Assembly: GCA_035529315.1 (NCBI GenBank)
Contig: DATKWZ010000016.1
Location: forward strand, 88,464 to 152,463
Direction of reading: 5' to 3'
Length of the DNA stretch: 64,000 nucleotides
DNA from: Anaerolineae bacterium
GTDB taxonomy: Bacteria; Desulfobacterota; Desulfobacteria; Desulfobacterales; ETH-SRB1
The position numbers were made by a program, and so were the translations under genes. This document shows, piece by piece, positions 56,322 through 64,000 of the stretch; the stretch's first letter is position 1; every line of letters starts with the position of its first letter. Under the pieces are notes generated by a model. The model was not told the DNA's origin. It saw only the letters and a program-made list of their open reading frames with translations, and ran no database searches.

Positions 56322-56382
56322 TTCCAATGGTAATAGTTCAGCCACAAAGGCACTAAGAGTGGCTGAGCCATTACCATTGGAA
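56322..56382 (+). other. long near-perfect stem-loop in the nadK/fba divergent region
   Basis: TTCCAATGGTAAT-agt-TCAGCCAC-N13-GTGGCTGA-gcc-ATTACCATTGGAA. This gives 13 + 8 bp of perfect pairing. Confidence 0.7.
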
Positions 56383-56474
56383 GCTAAGCTTGACTACTTT
56401 ATCGGTGTGTGCTTTATATTAATTTGGGACAAGATAAAATAGTCACGCAACAAGGTAGCAAAGGAGGTTTAGTT

Positions 56475-57749
56475 ATGTCGGAAGATTTTGAAAGAGCTCT
56501 TCAGATAGGTCGTCCGCCAACTGTGGCAAAGCTTTTCCCTAATTCAAAGGCATTGATAGTAAGCGGAAAGTTTATAGATAAAGCCATGATTACAAAGGGT
56601 AATGCCATAGCAATGGCCGCCAATGGAAGAAACCACTTTATAATACGTGGAGCCCTTCAGGCAGCCCAAAGGGCAAATTCGGTTATCATAATAGAAATAG
56701 CCAGATCCGAAGGTGGCGCCGATGCTTATTGCGCTGTAAATTACTGGAACATTGCCAGGCAGGTAGATGCCATATGCAACGAGCTGGGGATAACGATCCC
56801 TGTTGCCATACATGCGGATCATTACGGCATTAAAAAGGAAGAAGATATTAAAGGGGCAAAAATAGAGATCCCCACACTGTTTGAAGCAGGCATGACATCG
56901 ATCGCCATAGATGCATCACATATGCCGGATGATAAAAACCTGCTTGCAAATATTGAACTGAATCCTTTTGTACCAAAGTGGGCCGGTCTTGAAACCGAAG
57001 TGGGTGAAATCAAGGGAAAATCAGGGCTTTCCACCGTTAATGAAGCCTTGTTTCTCATGCAGGGCTTGAATGCGCATGATATTTTTCCGGACTGGATTGC
57101 CTTAAACAACGGAACAACCCACGGAATTGAGGCAAGCGACCAGGGGATACAGATTGAATTGACCGCTGAAATTCACAGCGCCCTGTTAAAATATAAGGTT
57201 TCAGGCGCCCAGCACGGCACATCCGGGAACAACTCCGATAAGTTAAGAGCCATAGCCGCTAAAACAAGAACTACCAAAGCCAATGTGGCTACTGCCCTTC
57301 AGATGATTTCATGGGGCCTTGAGGTTAATGATTATGGAAACGCCATCCTGGATGACAACGGTGATTTCATAAAGGTCAAAGATCAGGGAATGACTGAATC
57401 AATGTGGGCTGAAATGGCAGCTTATGCCGAGTCAAAGGGGATTAAGGGAGGAAACTACAAGAAACTTAACCTTCCATTTGAAAACAGGCTTCTTGGCCAA
57501 CCAAAAAAGATCAGGCAAAGGATGGCCGACAGGGTTGAAGAATTTGTCCATAACATGCTTGTGACCGTATTTAATGCAAAAGATTCAGCGCCGCTTGCCA
57601 TTGAGGCAATACTGACAACAGGTTCATACGATCCTGGATTTAAAGCAGAACGGTTTGAAAACCCTGATGAATGGACCCGTGAAAAGATAATCAGACGTGC
57701 GGCTGCAATCTCAACAGATAAGGGACAAAGCGGAAATTTCGACGATTAA
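56475..57749 (+). CDS. fba: class II fructose-1,6-bisphosphate aldolase (long form)
   Basis: AIHADHYG (metal-binding His context), IAIDASH and NNGTTHG. The start is moved to ATG 56475 after AAGGAGGtttagtt. Confidence 0.85.
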   Translation: MSEDFERALQIGRPPTVAKLFPNSKALIVSGKFIDKAMITKGNAIAMAANGRNHFIIRGALQAAQRANSVIIIEIARSEGGADAYCAVNYWNIARQVDAICNELGITIPVAIHADHYGIKKEEDIKGAKIEIPTLFEAGMTSIAIDASHMPDDKNLLANIELNPFVPKWAGLETEVGEIKGKSGLSTVNEALFLMQGLNAHDIFPDWIALNNGTTHGIEASDQGIQIELTAEIHSALLKYKVSGAQHGTSGNNSDKLRAIAAKTRTTKANVATALQMISWGLEVNDYGNAILDDNGDFIKVKDQGMTESMWAEMAAYAESKGIKGGNYKKLNLPFENRLLGQPKKIRQRMADRVEEFVHNMLVTVFNAKDSAPLAIEAILTTGSYDPGFKAERFENPDEWTREKIIRRAAAISTDKGQSGNFDD

Positions 57750-57751
57750 CC

Positions 57752-58252
57752 ATGCAAAAAAAAATATTCTGCCATTTTTGCGGAAACAGGCTTGTTGAAA
57801 AAAGGGTTAATGATAACAAACGGCTCTTCTGTGAGCAATGCAATCAGCCGATTTACGAAAACCCGATACCTGCCTCATGCATTGTTGTAATTGATAAAAA
57901 TGAAAGGGTGCTTCTTGTTAAACGGAAAGTGGAGCCCAGCAAAGGGGTTTGGTGTCTTCCTGGCGGATTCATGGAGCTTGGAGAGACTCCTGAACTTGCT
58001 GCTTTAAGAGAACTCAAAGAGGAAACAGGCCTTTCCGGTCAGATAGAGATGCTTTTAGGTATCACCTCAAACAACAGCCCTCAATATGACACCGTGTTTA
58101 TGGTCGGCTATCTTGTAAAAATCTATTCCGGCATCCTTAAAGCCGGAGATGATGCATCTGAAGCAGCATATTTCCATCCTGATGATTTGCCGGAAATCGC
58201 ATTTAAAAGCCATAAAAAATTCATCAGGATATATTACGCGGCTTACTCATGA
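57752..58252 (+). CDS. NUDIX hydrolase with N-terminal zinc ribbon
   Basis: CHFCGN...CEQC. Nudix box GGFMELGETPELAALRELKEETGL. Confidence 0.9.
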   Translation: MQKKIFCHFCGNRLVEKRVNDNKRLFCEQCNQPIYENPIPASCIVVIDKNERVLLVKRKVEPSKGVWCLPGGFMELGETPELAALRELKEETGLSGQIEMLLGITSNNSPQYDTVFMVGYLVKIYSGILKAGDDASEAAYFHPDDLPEIAFKSHKKFIRIYYAAYS

Positions 58253-58253
58253 A

Positions 58254-58540
58254 AGGTGTTAGGTGTTAGGTGTTAGGTATTAGGTGAACGTCCAACATCG
58301 AACATTGAACATCGAACGTCGAATAATGATGTCGCTCCGCTCCTCAAATTATTCTAAAATCGAATAAAAAAACAAATTTGATACTCGTAACGAAAATCTT
58401 AATTAATTCTTCTGTTTCTTCATCTTTTCCCATTCAACATTCGATGTTGGACGTTCGATGTTCGATGTTCATTTTTTTTAATCCCTCAATCCTCTAATCC
58501 TCTAATCCCCTGACCCCTGACCCCTGACCCCTGATCCCTG
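58254..58540. repeat. composite palindromic array of tandem 7-8-mers filling the NUDIX/pgi convergent spacer
   Basis: (AGGTGTT)x4.7 at 58254-58286. (GAACRTC)x5 at 58286-58323. AT-rich core. Inverted (GATGTTC)x5 at 58433-58470. (TCCTCTAA)/(CCCCTGA) arrays at 58481-58540. Confidence 0.85.
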
Positions 58541-60172
58541 TTACTCTGGCTTGAGTTTTCCGGAAAAAAGCGCGTCAAGGTAAAATTTTGCAATCGGATC
58601 CATGCCTTCAAAACTGTGGGTGCTTTTTTCATTTTTCTTTGCTATTTCATTTCTGATGCCGGATGCCATGGTTTTGCCGAGCTCAACTCCAAACTGATCA
58701 AATGGATTAATGCCCCAGACAAATGCCTCAAAAACCGTTTTAGCCTCATAAAAGGCTAAAAGACGGCCCATGTTTTCCGGCGACAGATCATTTAAGAGAA
58801 TTGTTGAGGAGGGTCTGTTGCCTGAAAAATATTTTGCCCCGTCCTTATCTTTCTTGCCGGCTGCAAGGGCCATGGGCTGAGCAATGAAATTCGCCCAGAG
58901 TTCCTGATGATTGGTAACCCCTTTTGATTTGCAATGATACTGTTCGTATTGCGGCCTGATTGCTCCGATAAAATCGATCGGAAACGCACGCCCCTGATGC
59001 GCAAGTTGAAAAAATGAATGCTGCGCATTTGTGCCGGGCTCTCCAAAAAGAACAACACCTGTGGGTTCATCAAGAATATCTCCGTCCTCGGTCACGGATT
59101 TTCCGTTGCTTTCCATATAAAGCTGCTGGATATGAGGTGCCAGCCTGTGCAATGGAGATGCGTATGGGATAATAGCCTGGTTCTGATATCCCAGGAAGTT
59201 ATTGTTCCATATACCTATCATAGCTGCAACAATGGGGAGATTCTCATGCAAAGGGGCGGATTTCGCATGATTATCCATCTCCTCTGCGCCTTTTAAAAAC
59301 CTTTCAAACCTGTCATATCCTAAAATCAGACTCAGAGGAACACCTCCGACTGCTGAGGTAACGCTGTATCTTCCCCCTATGAAATCGAACATGCGAAAAG
59401 AGTGTAAAACCGAACCGCTGCCCGAATCTCCGGGGCTACCCTTGCCTGTTACTGTTACAAGGTGTTTTGCAGGATCAAGGCCCCTGTCCTTTATAAAGCT
59501 TATTGCAAGATTAGCATTTGCAATGGTTTCAGCGGTTGTATAGCTTTTGGAAATAACTATCCAGATGGTTGTTTCAGGATCAATGCATGAGGCCACTCTT
59601 CCGAAATTGTGGATATCAACATTTGAAAGATAATGGATCTCAATCCCTTTATCCGCATAAGCATACAAGGCATTTGAAACAAACTCGCCGCCAAGATACG
59701 ACCCGCCGATTCCAATGACAACTACATGTTTAAAAGGCTTGCCTGTTGATCCCGTTATTTTTTTCTCATGCACCTTTGAGACAAATTCTTTTATATCATC
59801 TCTGACCTCTCTTATTTCAGGCATTACATCTATATTATCCACAAAAACAGGTTCACCTGAAAAGCTCCTTGATGCTGTATGAAGAGCCGCCCTGTTTTCT
59901 GTAATATTTACCTTTTCCCCGCTTGCCATGCGGTTAAAGTGATGTTTTAATTTTCTTGTCTCGGCAAGCTCAAATAAAAGATCCATACACTTCTCATCAA
60001 CTCTCTGGCGTGAAAAATCATAAAAGATGTCTGCGCCATGCAGAGAAAAATTTTCAAGTCTGTTTTTATCTTTTACAAGATTCCTCAAATGCTTTTCAGG
60101 GGTATCCATTATTTTTGCATGACGCAAAAGTTTTTGCCATGCTAAAACATCATGAAGTTTCAAGGTGTTCAT
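58541..60172 (-). CDS. pgi: glucose-6-phosphate isomerase
   Basis: 543 aa. IGIGGSYLG, FIGGRYS, and PGI signature-like GEPGTNAQHSFFQL. Confidence 0.95.
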   Translation of the reverse strand: MNTLKLHDVLAWQKLLRHAKIMDTPEKHLRNLVKDKNRLENFSLHGADIFYDFSRQRVDEKCMDLLFELAETRKLKHHFNRMASGEKVNITENRAALHTASRSFSGEPVFVDNIDVMPEIREVRDDIKEFVSKVHEKKITGSTGKPFKHVVVIGIGGSYLGGEFVSNALYAYADKGIEIHYLSNVDIHNFGRVASCIDPETTIWIVISKSYTTAETIANANLAISFIKDRGLDPAKHLVTVTGKGSPGDSGSGSVLHSFRMFDFIGGRYSVTSAVGGVPLSLILGYDRFERFLKGAEEMDNHAKSAPLHENLPIVAAMIGIWNNNFLGYQNQAIIPYASPLHRLAPHIQQLYMESNGKSVTEDGDILDEPTGVVLFGEPGTNAQHSFFQLAHQGRAFPIDFIGAIRPQYEQYHCKSKGVTNHQELWANFIAQPMALAAGKKDKDGAKYFSGNRPSSTILLNDLSPENMGRLLAFYEAKTVFEAFVWGINPFDQFGVELGKTMASGIRNEIAKKNEKSTHSFEGMDPIAKFYLDALFSGKLKPE

Positions 60173-60227
60173 GCAATCCTCATCATTAAAAACCTTAATA
60201 ATCTGTTAAATCTGCGTAATATGTGGA

Positions 60228-60416
60228 TTAAACCCTTTTTGAGCATGATACTGTTTTAGATAAAATACCGTGTATTTCATCTAAAATTTTACAGGTATCC
60301 GCACACTCGGGAAAATCATTCTGTTTGTCGCAATCCCTGCATGGGCTTTTTACAAAATATCCGATTTCAAAATCGAATATGTAATTAAACATGTTTTTTT
60401 TGGTTAAATATTTCAA
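60228..60416 (-). CDS. small Cys-rich hypothetical protein
   Basis: SPCRDCDKQNDFPECADTCKILDE: five Cys in 25 residues. The start is uncertain (M1 or M9). Confidence 0.4.
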   Translation of the reverse strand: MKYLTKKNMFNYIFDFEIGYFVKSPCRDCDKQNDFPECADTCKILDEIHGILSKTVSCSKRV

Positions 60417-60740
60417 AATATCCTGTTCTCACGCAAAGGTGCCGAGCCGCTAAAAATATAGTTTTGAGTTTTGAATTTTGAATGCAGGAAAAACCGTTTT
60501 TAATTATTAATTTAACATTCAGAACTCAAAATTAGAAATTGTTCTCTAATCCCTCAATCCTTATATTTCTACCATAATAGTTTTGACTTAAAGTTTCAAG
60601 CAAAATACAAAATCAGGTTTAAACGAAGATTTTTCCCCGGAGTTTTACAAATGCAGATGGTTTATTGCATATTAGGTGCTATCTGATATATTGTAAAATT
60701 ATATGTTGTTATACTATTTAAAAAGGAAATACTCTAATTT

Positions 60741-63632
60741 ATGAAACCTGCAGATAGCCTTCCAAAGTCGCTGGAAAACGATTTTAATATTAAATGGAAA
60801 TCGCTATGCGTTTCAGCCCGATTTGCAAAAAACATTTCGCGGGATAATCCTGAAATTTTTGCGGCCCTTAAACAGGTCTTTGCCTTTAGCGATTTTGTTG
60901 CGAGAAGCTGTATCCATACTCCTGAACTGCTCAAAAATCTTATTGAAAGCAATGATCTCCAAAGGGGTTATAAGGCGAATGAATACAACGATAAGCTTAA
61001 AACCGCCATCCAATCCCCGGCATCCAGCCTCCAGCATATTTTTAGACGATTCAGGATTTATGAAATGGTACGCATTGCCTGGCGCGACCTTGCCGGATGG
61101 GCGGATCTTAAAGAAACAATGGCTGATCTTTCAGCCCTTGCCGATGCCTGCATAACCCACGCGCTTTCACATCTGTATGACCAGCAATGTTTGAAACACG
61201 GCATACCCACAGGCCCTGACGGCTCCGAGCAACACCTTGTGGTTATAGGAATGGGCAAGCTTGGAGCGTGTGAACTCAATTTTTCTTCAGACATTGATCT
61301 AATCTTTGCCTATCCCGAACCTGGAAAAACAAAGGGTAAAACAGTATCAATAAGCAATGAAGAGTTTTTTGTGGGCCTTTGCAGACATTTTTTTAATGTT
61401 ATCAGCGCAACCACATCAGAAGGTTTTGTTTTTCGGGTAGATACACGCCTTAGACCTTATGGGGGAAGCGGCCCTCTGGTTATGAGCTTCGATAACATGG
61501 AGGCTTACTATCAGAGGCAGGGAAGAGAATGGGAACGTTACGCGTGGATCAAGGCCAGAATTGTGGCTGATGAAAAAGGGGCGGGCAAAAATCTTCTTGA
61601 AATGCTCCAGCCTTTTGTTTACCGCAGATATCTGGATTTTGGAGTCTTTGAATCTTTAAGGGAAATGAAAAATAAAATTTCACTTGAAGTTAAGAATAAA
61701 GGGATGAAAAGCAATATTAAGCTTGGCCCCGGAGGAATACGGGAGATAGAATTCTTCGGCCAGATATTTCAGCTTATACGCGGCGGCGTTACCCCTGTTC
61801 TTCGGGAACGCCGCATCCATAATGTATTAACAGCCTTATTCCAAAATAATTACATAGAGCAAGCCACTTGCGATGAACTTATAAAAGCATATAATTTTTT
61901 GCGCAACGCCGAACACCGGCTCCAGGAATTTTCCGACCGGCAAACCCACCAGCTTCCGCTGGACTCTATAGGCAGAGAACGCCTCGCCGTATCAATGGGT
62001 TTTGTTGACTGGGAATCTTTTTCTTTGCGCCTTAACAGACACATGGAAAGGGTTCATTATCATTTCAATGCATTGCTGGCTGAAAAAGAACCGGATGGCC
62101 GGATAGAATGTAATAAACAAGAAGCAAAAATAGAAATCGAATTAAAGGGCATCTGGCAAAACCTTATAGATAATGAAAAAAGTATAAATCTGCTTTCTGA
62201 TGCCGGATTTGACAAGCCTGAAAAAGTGTTACTCCTGTTGGATCATCTTCGCAACGATTCGCATACTCGCGCGCTCAGCATCGAAGGCCGGAAACGGCTC
62301 GACAGGCTAATTCCGCTTGTCCTGCAAGAAATCGGCAAATCCAGGCTCCCTTATTCCATCCTGAATCGCATAATCGATTTGATTAAAACCATTGAAAGGC
62401 GAACATGCTACATAGCCCTTCTACTGGAAAATCCGACAGCGCTTACCCATCTGATCAAGCTTGCAAATGCCGGCCCATGGATTATCTCGTTTCTATCCAA
62501 TCATCCTGTGCTTCTTGACGAACTGCTTGACCAGCGCACCTTGTATGTGCCGCCTGAAAGGAATGAACTTGAAAAAGAGGTGCAAAAAAAGCTTGAGCCG
62601 ATTCCTCATGATGATCTAGAAAGCCAGATACAGGAATTATGCATATTTAAACAGGTTAACATATTGCGAGTGGCTGCGGCAGATGTTACCGGCGCGATGA
62701 AGCTGATGAGAACCAGCGATCATCTTACCGAAATTGCGGAAACAATAGTAAATAAAGTTATTGAATTAGCCTGGAATTATCTGATTGAAAAACACGGCGC
62801 ACCAACCTGCGTTACAGGCGGACATGCAATTGACAAAGGGTTTGCTGTAATCGCCTATGGAAAACTTGGTGGGATTGAACTTGGATATGGCTCTGATCTT
62901 GACCTGGTTTTTCTTCACGCGGGCACAAAGGGGCAAACAAAGGGTGGCATGCGCCCTATTGACAATTCACAATTTTTTGCGCGCCTTGGGCAGAGAATAG
63001 TCCATATCCTGACAACGCATACTGCCGCGGGCATGCTTTATAAAATCGACATGAGGCTGCGCCCCAGCGGAAGCGCCGGCCCTCTGGTCGGCCACATTGA
63101 ATCGTTTCGTGATTATCAGATAAAAAATGCCTGGACATGGGAACACCAGGCGCTTGTAAGGGCAAGGCCGATAAGCGGCAATATTGAGCTGTTAAAATAC
63201 TTTCAAAAAATAAGAAAAGAGGCGCTCGCGCGTCCCAGGAATAAATCCTTGCTTCAAGAAGAGGTATGCGCCATGCGTGAACGTATGCGCAGGGAACTCT
63301 TAAGCCCTGAACCCGAGATGTTTGATCTGATACAGGATAAAGGTGGAATTGTTGACATTGAATTTCTGGTTCAATATCTGGTGCTTTTAAAATCTCACGA
63401 ATATGCCGAGCTTTTAAAATGGACCGATAATGTGCGTATTCTTGAAACACTGACACAAACAGGAATAATCGATAAAGACATTGCGATTCTTCTCAAAGAG
63501 GCTTTTCTCACCTATAGATCTGCGGTACACAAACTCAGGCTCCAGGAAAAACCTGCCAGAATACCTGAAAACGAATTTTATGGTTTGCGGCAAAAGGTAA
63601 AAAAAATCTGGAAACTCTTTCTTGAAGAGTAA
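60741..63632 (+). CDS. glnE: bifunctional glutamine synthetase adenylyltransferase / adenylyl-removing enzyme
   Basis: 963 aa with two nucleotidyltransferase halves (GMGKLGACELNFSSDIDLIF and AYGKLGGIELGYGSDLDLVF). Each is followed by a GlnE helical domain (FRVDTRLRPYG and YKIDMRLRPSG). Confidence 0.95.
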   Translation: MKPADSLPKSLENDFNIKWKSLCVSARFAKNISRDNPEIFAALKQVFAFSDFVARSCIHTPELLKNLIESNDLQRGYKANEYNDKLKTAIQSPASSLQHIFRRFRIYEMVRIAWRDLAGWADLKETMADLSALADACITHALSHLYDQQCLKHGIPTGPDGSEQHLVVIGMGKLGACELNFSSDIDLIFAYPEPGKTKGKTVSISNEEFFVGLCRHFFNVISATTSEGFVFRVDTRLRPYGGSGPLVMSFDNMEAYYQRQGREWERYAWIKARIVADEKGAGKNLLEMLQPFVYRRYLDFGVFESLREMKNKISLEVKNKGMKSNIKLGPGGIREIEFFGQIFQLIRGGVTPVLRERRIHNVLTALFQNNYIEQATCDELIKAYNFLRNAEHRLQEFSDRQTHQLPLDSIGRERLAVSMGFVDWESFSLRLNRHMERVHYHFNALLAEKEPDGRIECNKQEAKIEIELKGIWQNLIDNEKSINLLSDAGFDKPEKVLLLLDHLRNDSHTRALSIEGRKRLDRLIPLVLQEIGKSRLPYSILNRIIDLIKTIERRTCYIALLLENPTALTHLIKLANAGPWIISFLSNHPVLLDELLDQRTLYVPPERNELEKEVQKKLEPIPHDDLESQIQELCIFKQVNILRVAAADVTGAMKLMRTSDHLTEIAETIVNKVIELAWNYLIEKHGAPTCVTGGHAIDKGFAVIAYGKLGGIELGYGSDLDLVFLHAGTKGQTKGGMRPIDNSQFFARLGQRIVHILTTHTAAGMLYKIDMRLRPSGSAGPLVGHIESFRDYQIKNAWTWEHQALVRARPISGNIELLKYFQKIRKEALARPRNKSLLQEEVCAMRERMRRELLSPEPEMFDLIQDKGGIVDIEFLVQYLVLLKSHEYAELLKWTDNVRILETLTQTGIIDKDIAILLKEAFLTYRSAVHKLRLQEKPARIPENEFYGLRQKVKKIWKLFLEE

Positions 63633-63637
63633 AGGTT

Positions 63638-64000
63638 TTAATATCTCGAATCAGCATACTCAACCCATCCGCCCGCATCTACGAGTGATCGATCAAAATC
63701 GGAAACATTAAAAGATATCTCCTCTGTTAGTCCATCGGCTTTAATAATAAATATGTTTTTCCCAAGATCGGTTTCAAGAGATGTCTCTTTGCCGGAAAAC
63801 CTTTTAAAAACACGGTCTATGGTCACAGCGGGCAGCTCAACCGCCATCATTCCACAGTTAAACATGTTCTGCCTGAAAATCCTTGCAAAGCTTTCCGCAA
63901 TAACAAGGTTGATGTTGTTTGTTTCAAGCGCCCAGGGCGCGTGCTCTCTGGAAGATCCGCATCCAAAATTTGCCCTTGTTATAATGATATTTTTCCCTTT
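63638..64000 (-). CDS. leuD: 3-isopropylmalate dehydratase small subunit-like protein (aconitase swivel domain); 5' end beyond the right edge
   Basis: Extending the track ORF upstream in frame gives [50 protein letters not shown], the LeuD/aconitase domain-4 signature. Confidence 0.8.
   Translation of the reverse strand, partial: KGKNIIITRANFGCGSSREHAPWALETNNINLVIAESFARIFRQNMFNCGMMAVELPAVTIDRVFKRFSGKETSLETDLGKNIFIIKADGLTEEISFNVSDFDRSLVDAGGWVEYADSRY

Noticed and set aside
58254-58540. Possible CRISPR array, considering the tandem 7-8-mer arrays here and at 11494-11670, 17252-17282 and 56157-56233
   Set aside because: The units are only 7-8 nt and directly abutting, with no unique spacers. 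There are no cas genes in the window, and the arrays occur as inverted pairs. This is not CRISPR architecture.

Overview
This is a 64-kb window of an AT-rich bacterial chromosome. The gene content looks Desulfobacterota/Desulfobacterales-like: sigma54 activators, a DUF4911-miaB pair, a multihaem cytochrome c, a PEP-CTERM protein, HD-GYP and a long class II FBA. That taxonomic call is inference only.

Most of the window is housekeeping: miaB, recJ, tsaD, der, rarA, acs, purC, tadA, purA, csp, tig-clpP-clpX-lon, nadK, fba, pgi, glnE and a partial leuD-like gene. There are also several signalling loci: a sigma54 module at the left edge, a cytochrome-c/HK/RR/SBP operon, and a GAF-HD-GYP protein. 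I found six tRNAs by hand-folding: Arg-ACG, Pro-CGG, Pro-TGG, Leu-TAG, Val-TAC and Asp-GTC.

The one clear accessory region is an ~11.7-kb element integrated into tRNA-Asp (43064-54854), bounded by an exact 50-bp direct repeat.
- It carries a tyrosine integrase, an AlpA-type excisionase, an S49 prohead-type protease, a coiled-coil protein, and a Zn-ribbon/TOPRIM primase fused to a RecA-like helicase.
- A dense GTTGAC iteron origin sits at the primase stop codon, next to a ~2.1-kb ORF-poor segment.
- Secreted cargo genes lie at the attL end.
- It has no capsid, portal, terminase, tail or lysis genes, so I read it as a candidate phage-satellite-like island (hypothesis).

The second recurring oddity is a family of intergenic elements built from short tandem 7-8-mers arranged as inverted arrays around AT-rich cores. 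One of them contains a perfect (G4N3)3G4 quadruplex motif. Two other dispersed short repeats also occur in the window.

All coordinates were derived by hand and anchored to the ORF track where possible. Small RNA and repeat boundaries may be off by 1-2 nt.
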